Shown piece after piece: positions 8,849 through 16,924 of a stretch of 64,000 bases of DNA. The stretch is from Candidatus Babeliales bacterium (GTDB lineage: Bacteria > Babelota > Babeliae > Babelales > JABCYS01), in NCBI GenBank assembly GCA_016929235.1, contig JAFGJD010000005.1, forward strand, positions 27,810 to 91,809. The letters are read 5' to 3'. The translations under genes were made by a program, and so were the position numbers. How positions within the stretch are numbered: the first letter of the stretch is position 1; the number at the start of each line of letters is the position of its first letter. Under the pieces are notes generated by a model. The model was not told the origin of the DNA and made no database searches. It was given only the letters and a program-made list of their open reading frames with translations.

Positions 8849-9514
8849 ATGGGTATTGTAAGCAATGAACATCGGCTCCGGGTGATCGAAGTACTGCAAA
8901 CACTAGAAAAAGCAACAAGAGACATGCCGGAGCCGATGATTTTTTTGCTTAAAAAGCACTTCGGCCCTGATTCATTTATCATTTTGATAGGTTGCTTGTT
9001 GAGTTTGCGTGCTAAGGATTCCGTGACATATCCCCTCTGTTTAGAGCTCTTTAAAATAGTGCGTACACCGCAACAACTTCTTTCTCTTTCTCGCGAAAAA
9101 TTAGAAAAAATACTTTATCCCCTTGGTTTTCAACGACGTAAGGCTGCTACGTTGCATACCGTGTGTCGTGAGTTGCTTGACCGGTTCGATGGGAACGTTC
9201 CGTGTAATGAAAAAGCGTTGCGTTCAATTAGGGGGATTGGCCATAAAACAACAGCCTTGGTATTGGCGGAGGCATGTGATACTCCGGCTATCTGTGTTGA
9301 TACACATGTGCATAGGCTAGCGAATCAGCTAGGGCTAGTTCAAACTAAGAGTACTGAGGCGACTGAGCAGGAACTTAAGAAATTAGTTCCTCAGGAGAAA
9401 TGGGTCGTGGTCAATCGGGTGTTTGTAACATGGGGGCAGCAAGTGCCTCGTAAAGAACAGATTTCCAAAATTATCGAGTTACTCAATGAAAAAAACGTAC
9501 CGTGTGACTCTTGA
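8849..9514 (+). CDS. HhH-GPD DNA glycosylase, endonuclease III-like, without Fe-S cluster motif
   Basis: Helix-hairpin-helix LRSIRGIGHKTTALVLAEA with Lys. Catalytic Asp context VDTHVHRLANQLG. No C-terminal Cys-x6-Cys-x2-Cys-x5-Cys. Confidence 0.75.
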   Translation: MGIVSNEHRLRVIEVLQTLEKATRDMPEPMIFLLKKHFGPDSFIILIGCLLSLRAKDSVTYPLCLELFKIVRTPQQLLSLSREKLEKILYPLGFQRRKAATLHTVCRELLDRFDGNVPCNEKALRSIRGIGHKTTALVLAEACDTPAICVDTHVHRLANQLGLVQTKSTEATEQELKKLVPQEKWVVVNRVFVTWGQQVPRKEQISKIIELLNEKNVPCDS

Positions 9515-9535
9515 GCTACACGGTACGTTTTTTTG
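9490..9535. terminator. bidirectional rho-independent terminator between convergent genes
   Basis: AAAAAA-CGTACCGTGT-(12 nt loop)-ACACGGTACG-TTTTTTT. 10-bp perfect stem (9496-9505 / 9518-9527) flanked by an A-tract and a T-tract. Confidence 0.8.
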
Positions 9536-9546
9536 AAATGCCTATT

Positions 9547-9738
9547 TTAGGCTTTCTTTTTTGACACCCGGCGGCGTTTTTTGGCTGTTTTGCGCTTGGT
9601 GGTCTTACGCTTTGCAGTTTTACGGCGAGTTGTTTTACGCTTAACTGTCTTGCGCTTTGTCGTTTTACGCTTGGTGGTTTTGCGCTTAACTGTCTTGCGC
9701 TTTGCCGTCTTGCGCTTTGCTGTTTTTCTCTTCTTCAT
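9547..9738 (-). CDS. small highly basic KRKTx-repeat protein (histone H1/Hc-like composition)
   Basis: 63 aa from ATG 9738 (AAGGAG 5 nt upstream). MK + 10 x (K/R)RKT(A/V/T) + KKRRRVSKKKA. The ORF track starts at 9777. Confidence 0.7.
   Translation of the reverse strand: MKKRKTAKRKTAKRKTVKRKTTKRKTTKRKTVKRKTTRRKTAKRKTTKRKTAKKRRRVSKKKA
9583..9732 (-). repeat. 10 tandem 15-nt coding repeats (KRKTx units)
   Basis: 15-nt periodicity is visible in the DNA (cttgcgctt.. / ttttacgctt.. units). It encodes KRKTA KRKTA KRKTV KRKTT KRKTT KRKTV KRKTT RRKTA KRKTT KRKTA. Confidence 0.85.
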
Positions 9739-9846
9739 TACGGGCTCCTTAGAATGAGGTTGGAGATATACCATCAATTTAAAGATACAAGTTGTACGTC
9801 AAAAAAAGCAATAGTTGTGCAATAAATTTCTTATACAGATACGAAT

Positions 9847-11553
9847 TTATTGTTCTTTTGCCTCTAAGATAACCTGTTCAATCGTAAGCCCGAATGCCTG
9901 TGATCCATCGTGCTTTCGGAGGGTGATAGTTTTTGCATCTGCTTCTTTTTTACCAAGGATGAGCATCCAAGGGATTTTGGCAAGTTGTGCTGTTTTGATC
10001 TTCGCAGAAATCTTTTCCGAACTCTCATCAACTTCTACACGAAGACCAGCATCCCTGAGTTTTTTGTATACTATTTGAGCATATGCTTTTTGTTCATCCG
10101 TAATGGTAAGGATACACGCCTGAACTGGGGAAAGCCAGAGAGGCAGGATGCCTTTGTAGTGTTCAAGGACTACTGCAAAAAAGCGTTCTAATGACCCATA
10201 GATAGCGCGATGTATCATAACAGGTCGTTGTCGTGTGCCCCCAGGTGCGATATACGTCATGTCGAAATTTTCTGGGTTGCAGAAGTCTACTTGTATGGTT
10301 CCTCCTTGCCATTCGCGACCCATCGAGTCTCTGAATACGAATTCAATCTTGGGACCATAGAATGCGCCTTCGCCTTCCTGTAGGTTATAGTCTACCTTGG
10401 CAAGATTGAGTGCATTTTTGAGGGCGTTAGTTGCCTTCTCCCAGAGTGCAGCGTCGCCCATTGACTCTTCAGGTCTGGTTGAGAGCCCAACCGTGATGTC
10501 ATGGAATCCAAACTTCTTAAGAACTCTGAAAGTGAGCTCGATTGTCTCTAAGATCTCCTGTTCCATCTGATCCACGGTACAATAAATATGTGCATCGTCT
10601 ATGGTAAACGCGCGCGCACGCATGAGGCCATGAAGGACCCCTGATAATTCATAGCGGTGTACGAGTCCAAATTCAGATAATTTGAGCGGAAGCTCGCGAT
10701 ATGAGCGAGGTCGATCTTTGTAAATTAAGATAGATCCAGGGCAGTTCATAGGCCGAACGGCATAGGTGGTATCCTCTTCATGTACAGTGCAAAAGTACAT
10801 CTTATCTTTATAAAAATCCCAGTGGCCTGAGCGTTTCCATAACTCGTTGCTAAGTAATACAGGCGTTTGGAGTTCTTGGTAATTGAGTGCCGTAAGTTCC
10901 GTGCGAAGGTACTCAATCATAATATTGAGTATAGTCTTACCCTTTGGGTGAAAGAACGGGAATCCAACTCCCTCATCGTGAAACGAAAAAAGTTCTAGTT
11001 GTTTTCCAAGGCGTCTGTGATCACATAGTTTTGCCTGTTCACTGGCGTCCTCGAATGCAATAAGATCATCTTTGGTGAAAAAGACAATTCCGCTAAGACG
11101 TTGTAGCGCTTGGTTGCTTCTATCAGCGCGCCAATATGAACCAGAGATGCCGGTGAGCTTAAAATGCTTAATATCACCAGTTGTTAAAACGTGGCCACCC
11201 TTACACAGATCATAGAAATCACCTTGGGTTGCGATACCAACCGTTTCTTCTGGAATCTGGTTGATCATCTCGAGTTTGAAAGGATTGTCCTTGAACAACT
11301 TCAAAGCTTCTGCCTTAGGAACCTGTTTGTGCTCTATGGGCAGGTTGCGTTGAGCAATCTCAAGCATCCGTTGTTCGATCTTAGGAAGATCACTTTCTTT
11401 GAAATTGTGTAAAGGCAGAAAGTCGTAAAAGAACCCTGTTTCTGTTGCTGGTCCAATCGTAAGCAGTGTTCCTGGATACAGTTCAGTAACTGCATGGGCA
11501 AGAAGATGAGCTGCCGAATGACGCAATAACAGAATATCTTTGTCAGGAGCCAT
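9847..11553 (-). CDS. thrS: threonyl-tRNA synthetase (short form lacking the N-terminal TGS domain)
   Basis: 568 aa. Begins directly at the editing-domain HxxxH motif (RHSAAHLLAHAV). Class II core and C-terminal anticodon-binding domain are present. Confidence 0.92.
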   Translation of the reverse strand: MAPDKDILLLRHSAAHLLAHAVTELYPGTLLTIGPATETGFFYDFLPLHNFKESDLPKIEQRMLEIAQRNLPIEHKQVPKAEALKLFKDNPFKLEMINQIPEETVGIATQGDFYDLCKGGHVLTTGDIKHFKLTGISGSYWRADRSNQALQRLSGIVFFTKDDLIAFEDASEQAKLCDHRRLGKQLELFSFHDEGVGFPFFHPKGKTILNIMIEYLRTELTALNYQELQTPVLLSNELWKRSGHWDFYKDKMYFCTVHEEDTTYAVRPMNCPGSILIYKDRPRSYRELPLKLSEFGLVHRYELSGVLHGLMRARAFTIDDAHIYCTVDQMEQEILETIELTFRVLKKFGFHDITVGLSTRPEESMGDAALWEKATNALKNALNLAKVDYNLQEGEGAFYGPKIEFVFRDSMGREWQGGTIQVDFCNPENFDMTYIAPGGTRQRPVMIHRAIYGSLERFFAVVLEHYKGILPLWLSPVQACILTITDEQKAYAQIVYKKLRDAGLRVEVDESSEKISAKIKTAQLAKIPWMLILGKKEADAKTITLRKHDGSQAFGLTIEQVILEAKEQ

Positions 11554-11620
11554 GGGGGATTCCTTTACTAGTAGAATGAAAACAATACTTTGTGCAGTAT
11601 AGTACTAACTTAGAGAAAAA

Positions 11621-13180
11621 TTAAATATAGCTTGCCATAGCTGTATCTGCTTGTGAGGCTTTTTCTCGTTCGATCGTCTCCAGAATTGCTGTCGTACTGA
11701 TAGCTGTGCTTCTGCTGGTCCTCATCATTCGAAGGGATTTAAGCACGACACCTGCAATTGTTCTTCCAGAAAAACCGTCCATCTGTTCTGAGAATTCATT
11801 GAGGTGCTCAAGAACATCTTCCTCAACAGGAATCTCTCTTCGTTCTGCAAATTTTTTAAGATGGAGTTCAAAGATGCGTTTGCGTTCATCATGACCAGGA
11901 AGCGGAAACTCAACCTTTTCACCGACACGGTCCATAACTGCTCGATCAAGTAAGTTTGGCATGTTAGTTGCAAATACAAACATGATGTTGTCTGAAGCTT
12001 GGCCAGTTACCTGTGATAAGAATGCATCGGTTAGTTTTTTAGAACGCTCGCTGACATTTGGATTGGAGCGACTTGCCAAAAATGTTTCTGCTTCGTCGAC
12101 AAAAACAACAAGCGGGCGACGGCTTGTCTTCGCCCATTCAAAGAATGAGTGAAGCTGTGTAATATCATCTCCTGGTTTGAACTGTGAAAAGTCCGCACCA
12201 GATAAAATTGCGTAGTCACATTCGGAGTATTCCGCGAGTGCTTTTGCAAACATGGTTTTACCGGTTCCCGGAGGCCCATAAAACAGTACGTTCATAAGTG
12301 GGTCGCCATTAGCGTGTGCTTCTTTAGTAGAATCGGCAATTTCCATCAAAAGAGCTTCTTTTTCTGGTCTGAGCACAACGTCCAAGATGCCATTTGATTC
12401 TGGTTTATTGACGACAGTGTGCCACCAACTTGAAAGCAGCGTTTCTCGTGATGATTCTCGAACAAGTTGTGGTTGTCCAAGTCGGGCGCCAACATATTCA
12501 GCAAGGACTTTGGACATTTCTTTTGCTCCATAAATACCTGCAAACGTTGCGACGATAGCCCCAGAAAACAACATGAGGGTTCGTGGTTGACGGATATATT
12601 GTAGCGTCGCTAGATAGCGTTGGTTAGCCCCATGTTGTTCTTGGTGTGCTCGAACCGCAGCTTCGCGCAAGCGAGCCCCTGCGTTGGCTTGATCACGTAG
12701 AATATCGCGGCTAAGTTGTCCAAATTCTTCAAATTGTTGCACTGCGATGTCGGCACCTGATCGTTGGAATCCTCTAAGTTCATCTTCCAAAGCTCTAATT
12801 TGGCGATCTAATCTTTGTGCCTCTATATCATCCCGACGGTGCAAGGCTTGGATGTGCTGTGTTCTAAGTGCAGCTATAGTCTCTTCCAATCTTCTTATTC
12901 TGTCTCGATTATTGCGTCGATTTTCTTCTTGTAGCTGCTGGAGTGCGTGTCCAGCACCTTCGACAACCTCTCCCATCATTACTCCAAACGCGCGTGCATT
13001 TCGAGTAATCCATGCTGGGACTTGCCAGCCTGCACCATCTTCGGCTTGCGCTGCTCGAGGCTGTCCGCCTTGTTGCATGCCTTGTACAAGACCTAGGAGC
13101 TGTTGGAAATCTTCCATCGCATGCATTGATGGTATGCTGACTAGGAAAGAAAAAAATAAACAGTATTTACGGTTTATCAT
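11621..13180 (-). CDS. membrane AAA+ ATPase with N-terminal coiled coil, ATAD3-like
   Basis: 519 aa. Signal-like MINRKYCLFFSFLVSIPSMHA, R/E/Q coiled coil, TM LMLFSGAIVATFAGIYGA, Walker A GPPGTGKT, Walker B VVFVDEA. The linker ARLGQPQLVRESSR and AAA blocks resemble ATAD3 as I recall it. Confidence 0.75.
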   Translation of the reverse strand: MINRKYCLFFSFLVSIPSMHAMEDFQQLLGLVQGMQQGGQPRAAQAEDGAGWQVPAWITRNARAFGVMMGEVVEGAGHALQQLQEENRRNNRDRIRRLEETIAALRTQHIQALHRRDDIEAQRLDRQIRALEDELRGFQRSGADIAVQQFEEFGQLSRDILRDQANAGARLREAAVRAHQEQHGANQRYLATLQYIRQPRTLMLFSGAIVATFAGIYGAKEMSKVLAEYVGARLGQPQLVRESSRETLLSSWWHTVVNKPESNGILDVVLRPEKEALLMEIADSTKEAHANGDPLMNVLFYGPPGTGKTMFAKALAEYSECDYAILSGADFSQFKPGDDITQLHSFFEWAKTSRRPLVVFVDEAETFLASRSNPNVSERSKKLTDAFLSQVTGQASDNIMFVFATNMPNLLDRAVMDRVGEKVEFPLPGHDERKRIFELHLKKFAERREIPVEEDVLEHLNEFSEQMDGFSGRTIAGVVLKSLRMMRTSRSTAISTTAILETIEREKASQADTAMASYI

Positions 13181-13195
13181 TAAAGCTCCTTATGA

Positions 13196-14590
13196 TTATC
13201 TTCGTGCTTGATTTATTACTAGTTTAATTACTCTATACGCGCCATAACAGTAGATTCCCAAAAAACAAAGCGCTGGAAAATGCAGAGTTCTATTGGTTAC
13301 CCAGTTTGTATACCAACTACATAGATTGCGTGACAAAAGATTATGTACTTCATGACTTGTCTCAATATATGCTCTTAGTGCAAGATCAGTCTCTTGAAGC
13401 TCTTTTATAGCCTCGTGTGTTGGATTGTGGTGAACCTTTTCGCGTGCATTATGATAGTTTTCTAAAACAAGATAGAACTCAAACCGTGTTGCTATTGCCT
13501 CAGTTACCCACATGCGGAGATACAGCGCTGAAATCATGTTTGCGACCATCATCAGAGAAAGATATTTAGCACAGAGAATAGCTGGTTTTGAGTACAGCCA
13601 CGATAAGCGGGGTGGGATTAAAAATGACAAGAGCGTAGGTAATATTTTTTCGCGTTGTTCTTCTATAGTGTCATTGATTACATTCATTTCGCCTACGCGA
13701 GATCCAAGCATGCGAAGTCGTTGTATAACTGAAGGAAGAGTTAAAATATTTTGTATGTTGCGATCGGTAGTGAGCCAGGCCAATCTGTGGGTTGGGAGCA
13801 TTAATATGAAATTGAGTATTGGATGTTTAATAAAACTGGTAAGCCATTGTGTAGTTGTTCCTAATCCAAGCGGCCGTTGCTCTTGTGATACTTCGAGCTG
13901 CCCTTCGGCGTTCTTTTTATAAATACACCATGAACGTGGATTCAATGGCTCATTTGCTAATGAGGATCGTCGCCAAGCGGGCAGGTATTCATTTGCGCTA
14001 ATGACACCAGCAAGAGCAAACATGGTTTTTGGTGTTCTAACGTTATGCAGCGGCATCTCTAGAAGATTAAAGAATCTGGTAAATTCACTAGCTAAGAAGG
14101 AAGAGCATGCCAGAGAATAAGGATCTTTTGCGATAAACAACATATCACTTGCAATATGTTTGAGGAGGTCCATCATTTCAGTGGTATGTTTTGTACATAC
14201 TTGATACACATGCTCAACTTGCTGGCTTTGAATTGTCTTTAGAAGCATGACATCTGCGGCAAGTAAGCCGGTAAATTCTGTCATGTAGACAAGATCTTTG
14301 TTATAGACTCCCACGGCAGGGAGGCCTAGGGGGAGTTTCATCTGACCGCGCAATGTATTTTGCCACATGATTTGGGCATTGCGCTGGTCGCGTTGTTCTT
14401 TAAAAAATGCAGGAAGATCTTGGTTGGTAAGTTGTTGTGCTTGTTCTATCGTTGCTGGAATATTTGCTACGGCATTGTTGAGTGCTTCCATATCAATCTG
14501 AACATCAAGTGCAGGTCCACCTTCTTGTGCGCAACATTCTGCGACAAGAAATAAAAACATAAAAAAAATCTTTACAGTGCGGTGAATCAT
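13196..14590 (-). CDS. hypothetical envelope protein (signal peptide, C-terminal TM)
   Basis: 464 aa. Signal MIHRTVKIFFMFLFLVAECCAQ. C-terminal hydrophobic helix LHFPALCFLGIYCYGAY. Lies 15 nt upstream of the AAA+ gene on the same strand. No family recognised. Confidence 0.6.
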   Translation of the reverse strand: MIHRTVKIFFMFLFLVAECCAQEGGPALDVQIDMEALNNAVANIPATIEQAQQLTNQDLPAFFKEQRDQRNAQIMWQNTLRGQMKLPLGLPAVGVYNKDLVYMTEFTGLLAADVMLLKTIQSQQVEHVYQVCTKHTTEMMDLLKHIASDMLFIAKDPYSLACSSFLASEFTRFFNLLEMPLHNVRTPKTMFALAGVISANEYLPAWRRSSLANEPLNPRSWCIYKKNAEGQLEVSQEQRPLGLGTTTQWLTSFIKHPILNFILMLPTHRLAWLTTDRNIQNILTLPSVIQRLRMLGSRVGEMNVINDTIEEQREKILPTLLSFLIPPRLSWLYSKPAILCAKYLSLMMVANMISALYLRMWVTEAIATRFEFYLVLENYHNAREKVHHNPTHEAIKELQETDLALRAYIETSHEVHNLLSRNLCSWYTNWVTNRTLHFPALCFLGIYCYGAYRVIKLVINQARR

Positions 14591-14768
14591 TGAAAGTGTC
14601 CCTTGATAGCCATCGCAATTACTTGATCAAACTACAGTAGCCAGTTGTTGTAGTTTTGTCTAGTATAAACGCATTTTTTGCTTATTGGCGCTGCTTTTTA
14701 GCGTCATTGCTCTTTCTTGTAGTATAGTCAAAGTGATACGTTCTGGGTTTTAAAAACGAAGGGGTAGT

Positions 14769-16154
14769 ATGGCAGAAGGAAAGTTGTATGTACTAGATAC
14801 AAATGTATTGATACATGATCCACGTGCACTGTTCACCTTCGGAAAAGATCATGTTGGTATACCGTTTGTTGTTTTGGAAGAACTTGATCAATTCAAACGC
14901 GAAAGTTCTGATCGTGGTCGCAATGCGCGCGAAGCAATACGCTATCTCGATAGTTTGCGATCACGCGGATTTTTATCTGATGGGGTTCAACTTGATTCTG
15001 GTGGAACGATACGATTGATCTTGCCAACAACAGATGTATCAGTGAAGGGTATCCTACAAAAAGATCTTGCAGACAATGATATCCTCATGACAACATTGCT
15101 CATGCGCAAAGCCGGGTGGGATGCTATCTTTGTTTCCAAGGATTTGAATGCTCGTGTGAAAGCAGATGTACTTGGCATACCCGCTGAAGATTATTTGAAG
15201 GGTGTCGTCACGTGGGATGAGGTATACAAAGGCTGGGTTACCATTGAGGTTCCATCGGTACAGCTCAAAAAACAAGAGCCAGAAGAACTGCAACAGTTGC
15301 TTGCACAACAGACCTTACATCCTAACGAGTTTGTGATGTTGCAAGCGCGCAATAATCCATTCAACTATAGCATTTTTCGGTACATCAGCGGCAAAATATT
15401 CAAGCCAGTATATCAACCGCGCCTTGATTGGCCGCTTGAGGCGCGCAATCCACACCAGCTCATGGCTTTGGATTTATTACTTGATCCTACAGTAAAAATG
15501 GTCAGCCTTATTGGTCCTGCAGGAACAGGTAAAACCTTTCTCGCTTTGCTTGCAGGTCTTCATCAGGTTCTTATGCAAGATGAGTATCAAAAACTGCTAG
15601 TGTCTCGTCCTGTTATACCGCTTGGGCCAGACATTGGATATCTACCAGGCGATGTACAGGAAAAACTTCGTAGTTGGATGCAGCCTGTTTTTGATAACGT
15701 TGATCTTATGATTCATACTGCCGGTATCCATCATCATGTTTCTGAAGTTGAACGTGGCTATCACGAACATCAAAAGAAACGACATAAGAAATACAAGGAA
15801 AATGACACGAAACGGATTTTTTCGATTGAACAGCTTGAGATGGAAGGAAAGATTAGTTTAGAAGCAATCACGTACATGCGAGGAAGATCCATTCCGTTCC
15901 AGTTTATTCTTATTGATGAGGTACAGAATCTCAGTCCTCACGAAGTAAAAACAATTCTTAGTCGTGTTGGCGAGGGAAGTAAGATTGTGATTGCAGGCGA
16001 TCCATTCCAGATAGATGCTCCGTACCTTGATTTCAGCAGCAATGGGTTAGTGGTCGCTAGCAACAAATTTAAGGGTCAGTCGTTATTTGGTAATGTCTTC
16101 CTTGAGATCAGCGAGCGTAGCGAATTGAGTAGACTTGCTGCAGAGCTTTTGTAG
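14769..16154 (+). CDS. PIN-domain / PhoH-like ATPase fusion (PhoH2/YlaK type)
   Basis: N-terminal PIN (LYVLDTNVLIHDP). Walker A GPAGTGKTFLAL. Walker B ILIDEVQNL. Confidence 0.85.
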   Translation: MAEGKLYVLDTNVLIHDPRALFTFGKDHVGIPFVVLEELDQFKRESSDRGRNAREAIRYLDSLRSRGFLSDGVQLDSGGTIRLILPTTDVSVKGILQKDLADNDILMTTLLMRKAGWDAIFVSKDLNARVKADVLGIPAEDYLKGVVTWDEVYKGWVTIEVPSVQLKKQEPEELQQLLAQQTLHPNEFVMLQARNNPFNYSIFRYISGKIFKPVYQPRLDWPLEARNPHQLMALDLLLDPTVKMVSLIGPAGTGKTFLALLAGLHQVLMQDEYQKLLVSRPVIPLGPDIGYLPGDVQEKLRSWMQPVFDNVDLMIHTAGIHHHVSEVERGYHEHQKKRHKKYKENDTKRIFSIEQLEMEGKISLEAITYMRGRSIPFQFILIDEVQNLSPHEVKTILSRVGEGSKIVIAGDPFQIDAPYLDFSSNGLVVASNKFKGQSLFGNVFLEISERSELSRLAAELL

Positions 16155-16331
16155 CGGGCTGCAACAGATTAATCGTGCCGTAATCGCCTTAAGTGCGAAT
16201 CCCAGTGGTTTGTGCTTGAGTTGGTATAATGCGTAGCGGCTACATGTGACCTGATATCTACACGCAACTGGACCAAGTAATGGTCTAAGACCAACAATCA
16301 GAAATGATAAAAAGTAATTAACGACCTTCAT
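16083..16331 (-). CDS. yidD: membrane protein insertion efficiency factor YidD
   Basis: 82 aa. LLGPVACRYQVTCSRYALYQL....RLICCSPL matches the conserved YidD Cys pattern. Overlaps rnpA by 14 nt and the convergent PhoH gene by 72 nt. Confidence 0.75.
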   Translation of the reverse strand: MKVVNYFLSFLIVGLRPLLGPVACRYQVTCSRYALYQLKHKPLGFALKAITARLICCSPLQKLCSKSTQFATLADLKEDITK

Positions 16332-16653
16332 GGATGACTTTGGTCATGAGCTTTATAATCTCTTCAAATGAGAGAGTTGCTGCAGGTGGTGCAACAAGAA
16401 CAATAAGATCCTTGTTGTGTTCATAAAACTTTTGTTCATAAAAAATTGATTTGATTTGGCGCCTAAGCTTATTACGGGCTACAGCAGTACCAACTCTTTT
16501 GGGAACAACAATCAGAATGCGGCCATAAGCTTTTGTCGCAGGAGCGACTCTAAATGCAAGTCCGCGCTGCCGAAAGAGGAACGCGGACCGCTTGAATAAC
16601 TCATCTCTCTCTCGCTTGGTAAAAACCGTCAATCCGCGAGGTAGAGCAACCAT
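16318..16653 (-). CDS. rnpA: ribonuclease P protein component
   Basis: 111 aa. Basic RNR-like motif VARNKLRRQIK. Located immediately downstream of rpmH. Confidence 0.85.
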   Translation of the reverse strand: MVALPRGLTVFTKRERDELFKRSAFLFRQRGLAFRVAPATKAYGRILIVVPKRVGTAVARNKLRRQIKSIFYEQKFYEHNKDLIVLVAPPAATLSFEEIIKLMTKVIHEGR

Positions 16654-16667
16654 TATAGTTCCTAGTT

Positions 16668-16823
16668 TTAGTTATTGACCTTACGTGCTCTGACTGCAAG
16701 GCGCTTTCTGCCCTTACGGCGACGGCGTGCAATGATCTTGCGTCCGTCTTTAGTGGACATGCGCTTTCTGAATCCGTGTTTGCGATTACGCTTCTTACGC
16801 TTGAGAGTAAACGTTACTGACAT
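16668..16823 (-). CDS. rpmH: 50S ribosomal protein L34
   Basis: Hand-translated 51-aa ORF, below the ORF-track cutoff: [57 protein letters not shown] lies upstream. Classic rpmH-rnpA-yidD order. Confidence 0.9.
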   Translation of the reverse strand: MSVTFTLKRKKRNRKHGFRKRMSTKDGRKIIARRRRKGRKRLAVRARKVNN

Positions 16824-16924
16824 TGAAGTTCCTTTGTTTCAGAGCATCCGTGATGCTAGGCATCGATGTATGCAGGAAATTTTTATCTAGATATACCGTA
16901 GTGTAACGGGAAATCAGACCTTTA

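Noticed and set aside
8721-8918. 65-aa minus-strand ORF in the divergent promoter region
   Set aside because: It overlaps the start of the nth-like gene, has no RBS and no recognisable features. It is most likely a chance ORF.
9583-9732. Regular 15-nt tandem repeat that could be mistaken for a CRISPR-like or satellite array
   Set aside because: The period is far too short and there are no spacers. The repeat is in frame within a short ORF that has a strong RBS and terminator, so it is a coding repeat.
12747-13211. 154-aa plus-strand ORF. Similar long antisense ORFs occur at 613-1131, 6345-6884, 19472-19912, 26044-26502, 35080-35529 and 44503-44871.
   Set aside because: All lie fully inside well-supported genes on the opposite strand. 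Their biased Ser/Arg/Cys composition is typical of antisense frames.
14884-14891. Apparent over-representation of the palindrome TTGATCAA. Copies lie inside phoH-like, tig, lepA and the 730-aa gene as well as in intergenic DNA.
   Set aside because: My count was by eye and the expected count for an AT-rich 8-mer in 64 kb is a few, so I cannot claim enrichment. Only the intergenic copies with extended identity are reported as a finding.
16675-16890. 71-aa plus-strand ORF rich in Arg/Leu
   Set aside because: It is the antisense reading of rpmH (L34), whose 51-aa product on the minus strand is unmistakable.
16824-16924. Possible oriC/DnaA-box region next to the rpmH-rnpA operon
   Set aside because: I found no TTATCCACA-like boxes or AT-rich unwinding repeats here, and dnaA is not adjacent.
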